Assembly: GCA_964291655.2 (NCBI GenBank)
Contig: OZ219801.1
Coordinates: forward strand, 1-64,000
Origin: Chloroflexota bacterium
GTDB lineage: Bacteria; Chloroflexota; UBA11872; VXOZ01
Direction of reading: 5' to 3'
Length of the DNA: 64,000 bases
Shown: piece by piece, positions 56,356-64,000 of the stretch
Position numbering within the stretch: position 1 is the first letter of the stretch
How the letters are laid out: each line of letters starts with the position of its first letter
Notes under the pieces: generated by a model
Databases searched by the model: none
Told to the model about the DNA's origin: nothing
What the model saw: only the letters and a program-made list of their open reading frames with translations
Position numbers and translations under genes: made by a program

Positions 56356-58524
56356 ATGGCGCTTACCCAAATTAAAGGCCGCGTATTTGATGCGGCATCG
56401 AACCGAGGGATCGAGGGAGTCTCGGTCTCGAACGGCGATGCCATAACCCAGTCCGGCTCAGACGGACGCTATTCCCTAGCCATCGAGCCGCAGCACGATC
56501 GCTATGTCTTCATCTCGGTACCTGCGGGCTACCGTCCGCAAGAGCGCTTCTATACGCTCCTTGGTGCCGACTCATTGCCCGATCTACTCGACTTTGCCCT
56601 CATTGCCGCACCGGAACGGGCGCGTGAGTCGTTCCGCCTGATCCACCTGTCCGATACCCACGTAGTCCTTGACGACAGCGGAGCGGTCTCGCAGGAGATA
56701 TTGGCAAGCGACCTCAGTGAGCTTGTGTCGAGTACCCGGCCCGACCTGGCCATAGTAACGGGCGACTTAACCAATTTGGGTACGATTGCGGAGCTTGAAT
56801 GCTACCGCGCGGCCATCGAATCCGTGTCTATACCTGTGGTTTCCGTCTTTGGCGGACATGACGGTAATATCGAACGCCGTTCCAGCAATGCAGACATGCC
56901 GTGTACTCGCAATTTCGAAGCCACCCTGGGCCCGACTTACTATAGCTTCGATTGGGGTGAGTACCACTTTGTCATATATGCCACGGAGGACAACTACTTC
57001 TCTTCCGTTGATCGAGAACGCAAAGAGCGCTGGCTGTGGGCCGATCTTGCCTTGCAACCAAGCAACCGCAGGTCCGTAGTTATGTTTCACACTGCCCCTG
57101 ACGAAAGCTTACTGTCCGGGCTGAGCCAACGAAACGTGGCGCTCGTCCTGCACGGCCATTGGCACTCCAGCAGAGTCTTCACTTGGGGTGAGACCATTGT
57201 AGCGTCGGCTTCCGCTGCCTGTTTTGGCGGCATCGATACCCGTCCCAGAGGGTGCCGCGAAGTGTCTTTCTCTCCACAGGGAATTCAGACTAAGCTGCAC
57301 GCACGGGGACCCTTGGCCGAGGGTAAGAGCGCTTCTCTCCAATCTCCGGTCGAGCAGTCAAGCGACCAACCGGCGGCTAGAGTCCAGGTTGGGGATGAGG
57401 CCTTTGCACTTGCCTGGCAGCATGAATTTAAGAGACCGCTTCATCGTGCCGCACCCGTCAGTTTCAAGGACAGCGTACTGATCAGCCTGCAGAGCGAGAG
57501 CCATCCTGGAAGCAATGGGGTCAAGTGTCTCGACTCGTATAGCGGTGAGGATCGGTGGTATTTCGATACGCAAGACGCTATCAAGAACAGGTGTACTGTG
57601 TCCGTACATGACGGCAGTTCCCACGTGGCAAACGGCCATGACTGGTGCGCGGCCCTGACCATTACGGGACAGCTCAATCTCATCGACACTGCGACCGGTG
57701 ACGGAATATGGACATCGAAACTCCCCGGACACCCGCACCGTTGGGTTTACTCATCGCCTGCCCATGGCGGAGAGTCAATCATAGCCGGCTCGAAGGCGGG
57801 CTATGGCGCTTACGCGCTGGAGACCGGAGCCGAGAAGTGGTACGTCGCGCCTGCGGAGGGCGACGAATGGCCCTCCTACATTTGTCCCCAAGTTTACAAA
57901 GACGAGCTTTGCATCGTACTCGTGCAACGCTTAGGCTTTCTTGCCCTTAGCATGGAAGATGGAGCGAAAGTTTGGGAACAGGATTTGCCGGTCGAGTACT
58001 TCTGCGCCTCTCCTGAGCTTAGTGGAGACTTGATTGTCGTGAGTTCTGCATCACCGCACAGGGGGTCAAGCCTTACGGGAGGGCAGCAGGGAGACATTGC
58101 CGTACTTGAAGCCCGCATGGGAAAGGTTGTCGCCCACTACGCCCAGGCGTTGCCGGGTTATGCCTCTGGTATCACGGTTGCGAACGACCGCATCTACGCT
58201 GCGACTGCGGCGGGAACCGTCCACTGCCTCGACATGCAATCGGGCGCACAGCTCTGGCAATTTCAGTCGGGAGACGACTTGCTCGATATGACGCCCTACC
58301 GGCGGGGGATTCAGTCACTGCTGGCTGCGCCCGTTCCACTGCGGGAACACATCCTCGTCGGCGGCTGCGACGGCTGGCTGTACGTACTGGATCGCACATC
58401 CGGCGCGTGCACCGATCGCGTTTACTTGGGCGCGCCGATCACAGCAGCGCCGTGCGTCACGCCAAATGGTTTCTGCGTGAGTACCTATGGCGGTACGCTG
58501 TATTCCTTTCGCACCGTGCGCTAG
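56356..58524 (+). CDS. Calcineurin-like metallophosphoesterase fused to a PQQ-type beta-propeller
   Basis: GV.VSNG N-domain; SDTH, TGDL, GGHD, HGHWH; repeated D..TG...W propeller motifs. Confidence 0.85.
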   Translation: MALTQIKGRVFDAASNRGIEGVSVSNGDAITQSGSDGRYSLAIEPQHDRYVFISVPAGYRPQERFYTLLGADSLPDLLDFALIAAPERARESFRLIHLSDTHVVLDDSGAVSQEILASDLSELVSSTRPDLAIVTGDLTNLGTIAELECYRAAIESVSIPVVSVFGGHDGNIERRSSNADMPCTRNFEATLGPTYYSFDWGEYHFVIYATEDNYFSSVDRERKERWLWADLALQPSNRRSVVMFHTAPDESLLSGLSQRNVALVLHGHWHSSRVFTWGETIVASASAACFGGIDTRPRGCREVSFSPQGIQTKLHARGPLAEGKSASLQSPVEQSSDQPAARVQVGDEAFALAWQHEFKRPLHRAAPVSFKDSVLISLQSESHPGSNGVKCLDSYSGEDRWYFDTQDAIKNRCTVSVHDGSSHVANGHDWCAALTITGQLNLIDTATGDGIWTSKLPGHPHRWVYSSPAHGGESIIAGSKAGYGAYALETGAEKWYVAPAEGDEWPSYICPQVYKDELCIVLVQRLGFLALSMEDGAKVWEQDLPVEYFCASPELSGDLIVVSSASPHRGSSLTGGQQGDIAVLEARMGKVVAHYAQALPGYASGITVANDRIYAATAAGTVHCLDMQSGAQLWQFQSGDDLLDMTPYRRGIQSLLAAPVPLREHILVGGCDGWLYVLDRTSGACTDRVYLGAPITAAPCVTPNGFCVSTYGGTLYSFRTVR

Positions 58525-58589
58525 CGGCTAGTACCAAGATGCGGCTTGTGTTTTCCTGTCTGTCTAAGCTCGATTCTCACTAATCTGCC

Positions 58590-58875
58590 GTAGCGCGGGG
58601 GCTTGTCCCCCGCCGGAGTAAGCGGCACGGGATGTATTCCCAAGCGGTTTCGCCGTAGCATGAAGGGCGTACAATGATTGACCCTACCGCAGACGCAGGT
58701 TGCAAACCTACGCTACCGGAATTGTAAGGTAATGTGAGCGCCATGCTCCTTGCCAAGAAAGTTAGTGCGACCACATTGGGGATTGTCCCCCGCCTCTTGC
58801 CTACTCAGCCGTAATGCAGAGGCTTGTCCCCCGCCGCTTGCCTACTCCCCTGTAGCGCGGGGGCTTGTCCCCCGC
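58590..58875. repeat. Cluster of GTAG-type REP-like palindromes
   Basis: GTAGCGCGGGGGCTTGTCCCCCGC at 58590 and 58852, degenerate copies near 58778 and 58811 (41-bp period), and inverted ...CTAC-ending palindromes at 58665-58716. Confidence 0.8.
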
Positions 58876-58914
58876 CTCTTTGCGCGAAGTCTAGCATTCT
58901 GTCCGGCAAGACGC

Positions 58915-59640
58915 TTAGAGTTGACTTGGCAGCAGCCGCATATCGGGAATGTATGCGCGCGCGGGAAGAGCGGCCACCAGCAGGGCAGCTTTGGCCACGT
59001 CCTCCGGCTCAAGCGCTTTCGCTAAGACCTCCGGCGGCGTGGGCGTCGGCCGTTTTTCGACCAGCGGCGTATTACATAGACCGGGGAAAATGACCGTCAC
59101 GCGGATACCGTTTTCTTTCTCTTCCTCCATCGTGCCGTAAGCTAGCCCGGCCACACCGTGCTTTGTGGCCTGGTATGCCACACCCGAAACGTCAGGGCGC
59201 TGTACCGCACCGGACGAGTAGTGAACGATGAGTCCCTGGCCCTGGGAGCGCAATTGCGGCAGTATTGCGCGGGTGAGATTGAACGCCGCCGAGAGGTTTG
59301 TTGCGAGCATCATGTCCCAATCGTCAGGATCGAGCACAGTGAGTGCGCGCTGCTTGAGATTTGTGCCCACACTATTTACAAGAACATCTACCTTGCCAAA
59401 CTGCTCTACCGCTGTATCTGCGAGTGCCTGGGCGGCATCGCGGTCGGTAACGTCCGTCGGAACAGCACGGGCAACGCCTCCGGACGCGTTGATGTCTTGA
59501 GACAGCGAATCAAGCGCGCAAGCGGTCCGGGCGCCAAGCACAACTGTCGCTCCTTGCGCTGCAAACAGCCGGGCAGTGGCGGCGCCCATGCCACTACTCG
59601 CACCCGCGATGATCGCTACCTTACCGCTAAGCAACTCCAT
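58915..59640 (-). CDS. SDR family oxidoreductase (YdfG-like)
   Basis: AGASSGMG, DVTD, YQATK, IRVTVIFPG, PEDVA. Confidence 0.92.
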   Translation of the reverse strand: MELLSGKVAIIAGASSGMGAATARLFAAQGATVVLGARTACALDSLSQDINASGGVARAVPTDVTDRDAAQALADTAVEQFGKVDVLVNSVGTNLKQRALTVLDPDDWDMMLATNLSAAFNLTRAILPQLRSQGQGLIVHYSSGAVQRPDVSGVAYQATKHGVAGLAYGTMEEEKENGIRVTVIFPGLCNTPLVEKRPTPTPPEVLAKALEPEDVAKAALLVAALPARAYIPDMRLLPSQL

Positions 59641-60031
59641 GGCGTATTCCCTTCTTCTCTGGGTTTAGACTACCAATATGGTTTTGCAGCTCTTCCAGCC
59701 TCGCGCTCGCATGCGACGCGGGCCTCTCAAGTAATTCTTGTGCGTTCAGATAGTCCGCTCTTGTGACTATACAGCATTTGTGCTGCAGTTTTCCCAAGGC
59801 ATGACGCTGCATGAGACCACGCAAAATTGTCCCGACCGAGAAGGTTCGCGCAGACTCAACGCCCGCAATGCGTAGAAGCTGCAGAATCGCATTTGACGCG
59901 TCCTCTGCGCAGCGTCTAAACCCACGTGCATGTAATCCTGATTACGCAGGAAACCGGTTGAGTATGGTACTTTGAACACTGGAGCAGACGAAAGACATAG
60001 CGAAGAACAAGAAATCGCGAGGTAGGCGGGG

Positions 60032-60577
60032 ATGAAGCGAGGACCGCTCCGGACACTGCTTATAGTCCTTGGAATTCTGGTTGCCACCATTGCAGTTTCG
60101 TTTCTGCTGCAACTGCGGGACTCACTGCTTGACCGGCTACCCGGCCTGCCTGAGGCGGCACCGACTCAAGGTGCGACGGCACCGGATTTCACGTTAGAGA
60201 CTGCGGATGGTGAAACCATCTCATTGAGCGACTATCGCGGGCAGCCGGTGGTGCTCAATTTCTGGGCAACGTGGTGTACGCCGTGCCGCGAGGAGATGCC
60301 TCTCCTGCAGGAAACCTACGAGGCGCATCAGGACGTAGGCTTGGTGGTGCTTGCCGTGAATGTTCGGGAGACACCTGAAGCCGCGGAGCGCTTTCTGCAG
60401 GAAGTTGGCGTCGACTTTCCCGCTGTGCTGGACCCCGATCTTGTCGTTGTTGAGCGCTACCGCGTTACCAGTCTGCCGATGACGTTTTTCATTGACCGAG
60501 ACGGCAATCTCAGGACCCTTGTCGTAGGCGGCATGTCCAAGAAGATCTTGGATGAGCGTTTGGCAACAATCCTCTAG
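60032..60577 (+). CDS. Membrane-anchored TlpA/ResA thiol-disulfide oxidoreductase
   Basis: N-terminal TM, APDFTL, LNFWATWCTPCREEMP, LP.TFFID. Confidence 0.93.
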   Translation: MKRGPLRTLLIVLGILVATIAVSFLLQLRDSLLDRLPGLPEAAPTQGATAPDFTLETADGETISLSDYRGQPVVLNFWATWCTPCREEMPLLQETYEAHQDVGLVVLAVNVRETPEAAERFLQEVGVDFPAVLDPDLVVVERYRVTSLPMTFFIDRDGNLRTLVVGGMSKKILDERLATIL

Positions 60578-60785
60578 ACCCACTCAGACGCCGGCCTGCA
60601 TGACGTCATGGAGCGATCGGCTGGATTCTCCAAGCGCCGTGAGCCTAGGCCATGATGTGAGCCACCAATTTGCGTTTGCCGGAGACTTTCAATTCTCCAT
60701 ATTCTCAGCAGGCTAGCCGCGCGCGGTTCGTTTATTCCATAATGTGAGAAAATCACATCTCCCCGTTAGCATTGGAGTGCACCAA

Positions 60786-61856
60786 ATGAACGACGGCAAT
60801 TTGCGTGTTGGCATCATTGGCGCGGGCGGCATTGCCCGGGGAGCGCATGTTCCCGGATACCGGAGTTCCGGACGGGCCGACGTTCGAGCGGTCTGCGACG
60901 TAAATGCGGAAGCGGCACGGGTGTTTGCTGAGACGCAGGGAGTTCCCCACCACTATGGCGGCGTTGAGGCAATGTTGGAAAAAGAGGACTTGGATGTCGT
61001 CAGCATCTGCACGTCGAATGACGCGCATCATCCCGCTGCGTTAGCGGCGATTGAACGCGGTCTCCACGTCTTCTGCGAGAAGCCGTTGGCAATGGACTTT
61101 TCGCAAGCGCTGGAAATGCACAATGCCGCTGCAGCCAAGGGTGTCGTGACCGGCATCAACTTCACGTACCGGACGACTCCCGCCGCCCGTTACATAAAGG
61201 AACTCACAGAGGAAGCAATCTTTGGCGACGTGAAGCACTTTAGCATTGAGTACTACCAAAGCTACTCAGTGCAACCGGGCCGCACGCTCGAGTGGCGCTT
61301 CCAGAAGCAGCTTACCGGCACAGGTGCGCTGGCGGACCTGGGATCCCATGCCACCGACCTGGCGCTTTGGCTAAATGGCGGCATTTCCGGCGCGCGCGGA
61401 CAGATGGCGACCTTCATTCATGAACGACCGCTGCAGGATGGGTCCGGCATGGGTATCGTAGACGTGGACGACGCCACGACATTTCTCGCCACGTACGAGA
61501 ACGGCGCAACCGGCGTCGTCGATGCGACTCGCTTTGCCACCGGGCGCACAAATCACCAACGGATCTCGATTTACGGAGATAAGGGCTCCTTGGTCTTCCA
61601 AAACGGTCCGGAGGCACGCATCGAGGTCGCCGTAGAGCCATTCAGTAAAGACGGCTCCGCTGTACTCGTGCCCGTGCCGTCACGCCTTGCGGCAAGCCCC
61701 CGCTCGCACGTTCCGGCCTTCGTTAACACGATCCTCGATGGCGCGCCGGTAGACTTTCCGACCTTTGCAGACGGGCTCCGCACGCAGGAAGTGCTTGAAG
61801 CTGCCGAGGTCTCCCATCTCGAAGATAGATGGATTTCGCTGCCGCTCCCCCGGTGA
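60786..61856 (+). CDS. Gfo/Idh/MocA family oxidoreductase
   Basis: GIIGAGGIA, HVFCEKP, GALADLGSH..D, VDVDD, PTFADG. Confidence 0.93.
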   Translation: MNDGNLRVGIIGAGGIARGAHVPGYRSSGRADVRAVCDVNAEAARVFAETQGVPHHYGGVEAMLEKEDLDVVSICTSNDAHHPAALAAIERGLHVFCEKPLAMDFSQALEMHNAAAAKGVVTGINFTYRTTPAARYIKELTEEAIFGDVKHFSIEYYQSYSVQPGRTLEWRFQKQLTGTGALADLGSHATDLALWLNGGISGARGQMATFIHERPLQDGSGMGIVDVDDATTFLATYENGATGVVDATRFATGRTNHQRISIYGDKGSLVFQNGPEARIEVAVEPFSKDGSAVLVPVPSRLAASPRSHVPAFVNTILDGAPVDFPTFADGLRTQEVLEAAEVSHLEDRWISLPLPR

Positions 61857-62118
61857 ACAGTTAGACCGTGGAAGATTCCGACCCGCTGCTCGCAGGGCAG
61901 CTCTAGCGCGCTGCGATTTCAGCCGCTGCCGTAAGTAGAGCGATCAGGGTGCCAATCCTAGTTCTCGATGATGGCATGGCCTGGAAGCTGTACAAGACTA
62001 GCATCTCGTGACACGCCTGGCAGTACGCATGCGCTCTCCGGCCGCTCAAGCGCGCCCAACGCCGCCTAACAAACCCCAAGACGATCCAGACCGCAGACCG
62101 TTATCACCTCTCGGTCTA

Positions 62119-62994
62119 CTAAACCTGTACCGGATCATCAAGATTACTCTCGGTCCGCAAGAACACGTCTCGTTGCGGAATCGGAATCTCGATGCCCTTT
62201 TCTTGGAACGTCTCACAGACAATGTGGTGAAGCTCGCTCACCGTTTGGAAGCGGTCACTTAGATCGGCGACCCACGCGATGACCCAGAAGTCTAGCGAAG
62301 AATCGCCGAACGCGCGAAAGAACACCCTCGGTTCCGGATCTTCGAGTACGGCCGGATGGTTTTGCACAATATCAAAGAGCGTTGCCTCTACGAGCTTCGT
62401 ATCGGACCGGTAAGATACGTGAACACTGAAGTCTAGCCGAATGCGCCGGTCTTCGAGCGACCAGTTGATTACCAGGGAAGAGAGCAGGTCACCGTTTGGC
62501 ACCACCGCTTGCGTGTGATCAAACTTGCGCAAGGTTGTTGCACGCGCCCCCAAGTGCTCAACCGTGCCGAGCTGTCCGTTGACCTCGATGACGTCCCCAA
62601 TGCCCACCTTTATAGGACGTTCTGCAAGCAAGATAAGACCTGAGACAAAGTTATTGACGATGTTCTGCAATCCGAATCCGATGCCGATGCCCAGCGCGCC
62701 TAGTACCACCAATAGGGCATCCAAGTCGAAACCGAGCGTCCGAAACCCAATGTAAGACCCAATGATCACGATGAAGTAGTGGACCATCGCGCCCGCCGCG
62801 TACTTTGCGGGCGCGTCCGGTTGGTCCTCCCCTGTAGCGCGCTCTTGAAAGAGGCGTCGCACACGCCGTGCGATTATCCACGTCACGCCCAGGATTACCA
62901 CCAGAACGATGATGTTTCTTATGTCAACTGTCGTGGCATTAATTGTGAACAGCGTTACAGTGAGCACGTGCCACAACGTATTCAGTGCTTCCAA
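62119..62994 (-). CDS. Small-conductance mechanosensitive channel (MscS family)
   Basis: GALGIGIGFGLQNIVNNFVSG.ILL.ERP, GDVIE, VPNG, NWS, FGDSS, IEIPIPQR. Probable TTG start after AGGAGG. Confidence 0.93.
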   Translation of the reverse strand: MEALNTLWHVLTVTLFTINATTVDIRNIIVLVVILGVTWIIARRVRRLFQERATGEDQPDAPAKYAAGAMVHYFIVIIGSYIGFRTLGFDLDALLVVLGALGIGIGFGLQNIVNNFVSGLILLAERPIKVGIGDVIEVNGQLGTVEHLGARATTLRKFDHTQAVVPNGDLLSSLVINWSLEDRRIRLDFSVHVSYRSDTKLVEATLFDIVQNHPAVLEDPEPRVFFRAFGDSSLDFWVIAWVADLSDRFQTVSELHHIVCETFQEKGIEIPIPQRDVFLRTESNLDDPVQV

Positions 62995-63121
62995 TTCGGG
63001 CCTCCTGACTTCAGCGAGACAGGATGGCGACAGCCATCCCATTCACACGAAAGGCTAAACGAATTCTGCGGCGGCCGGGGCCGCACGCCCGGCAGTGAGA
63101 AGTAGACTTAGTCAGACAGCG

Positions 63122-64000
63122 TTACTGCCATTCAACCGGAAGGGTCCGCTGCTCCAGGATGAACTCAAGATGGGAGTGCAGTCTGCGCAGGGTGTCTGGG
63201 ATTGAGTCATGCTCCCCGTTCATCATCAAGTGGTAGTAGTGCGCGATTACCGGACTGTAGAGCGGGAATGTTGCATTAATTGGCAGCGAACGTTGTGAGT
63301 AAATGCCGTCAAGTAGCGTATTGATATAGTGAGTCTCTAGTTGGCTGGAAGCGATAGCGCTCCCTAGTATCGGCAGTGAACTGCCGCCGTCGAGCAAGAG
63401 CTTCTGAGCCTCCGGACGCATGGCCCAGGTAACGAACTCCCACGCGGTATCTAACTGCTGCGCGCCTGTCGCGACCGCCAGACCCTCATACGTTGCCAGT
63501 GTCTGGCTCGCACCCTCACCAACGGGGAAGAGCGGCCTCGACTGCCAGGTGACGTCTGCCGCTCGCATTCGATGCATATCGCCGGCACTGCCAAGGAACA
63601 TAGCCAGCCGTTGCGTGGCAAATTGATGCGCGTAGGTGTCGGAGCTAGCATTTCCTGTCTGAGGCGTTGGGTGCAAAGAGTGACGCCAGTCCCGCAGCTT
63701 TTGGTAGGTGGTCGCCACTTCCGGTGAAGCGATTGCGGTGACACTGCTATCCCCATCGACCAGGTCACCCGCACCGCTCCACAGCCACGGAAGCGACTTA
63801 AACCAGGAGTTTGGGATGCCAATGACTGCCCGATCCTTGAGGACTTCCGGGCTACCGCGTGCAAGACTTCGTGCCGCGTCATGCACAGTATCAATCGTCC
63901 AGCGGTTGCGGGCAGTTAGTACAGTTGACCCATACTCCCGAAGCATCCCAACATTGACAAAGATATGTCTTGGATTGCTGCGCCAAGGCAGGCTGTAGTA
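63122..64000 (-). CDS. ABC transporter sugar-type solute-binding protein (family 1), 5' partial
   Basis: Frame is open to the window edge (YYSLPW...IFVN); WT.D, F...RLAM, AWEFVTW...PEAQ motifs. Confidence 0.7.
   Translation of the reverse strand, partial: YYSLPWRSNPRHIFVNVGMLREYGSTVLTARNRWTIDTVHDAARSLARGSPEVLKDRAVIGIPNSWFKSLPWLWSGAGDLVDGDSSVTAIASPEVATTYQKLRDWRHSLHPTPQTGNASSDTYAHQFATQRLAMFLGSAGDMHRMRAADVTWQSRPLFPVGEGASQTLATYEGLAVATGAQQLDTAWEFVTWAMRPEAQKLLLDGGSSLPILGSAIASSQLETHYINTLLDGIYSQRSLPINATFPLYSPVIAHYYHLMMNGEHDSIPDTLRRLHSHLEFILEQRTLPVEWQ

Overview
64 kb of bacterial core and metabolic genome, moderately GC-rich. It is most likely Chloroflexota, inferred from the FPETG-type repeat cell-surface protein, a dnaN not linked to dnaA, and the alternative complex III genes. 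Contents in order: the tail of an alternative complex III (ActD/ActE-like) operon, a rhodanese, a SpoIID-domain surface protein, thrS, a LarA-family enzyme, thiL-tsaE-tsaB-rimI-tsaD, an M42 peptidase, thiD, dnaN, several catabolic genes (sulfatase, phosphodiesterase, Gfo/Idh/MocA, SDR, isomerases), pdxS-pdxT, infC, obgE, MFS transporters, and a mobA/fdhD-flanked NAD-linked formate dehydrogenase-like operon. I saw no rRNA, tRNA, CRISPR array, prophage or transposase. Most notable signals not shown by the ORF track: (1) a complete Thr leader-peptide transcription attenuator upstream of thrS; (2) a selenocysteine (UGA + SECIS) FDH alpha subunit that is split and permuted across two genes, plus an in-frame TAA near the end of the NuoEF-like subunit; (3) infC starting at AUA; (4) two candidate structured RNAs between thiL and the M42 gene, one resembling the 5' half of a TPP riboswitch; (5) an ECF sigma factor fused to a TM helix and a beta-propeller; (6) nested palindromic REP-like repeat clusters found only between convergent genes. 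All calls come from reading motifs by eye; no database searches were run.
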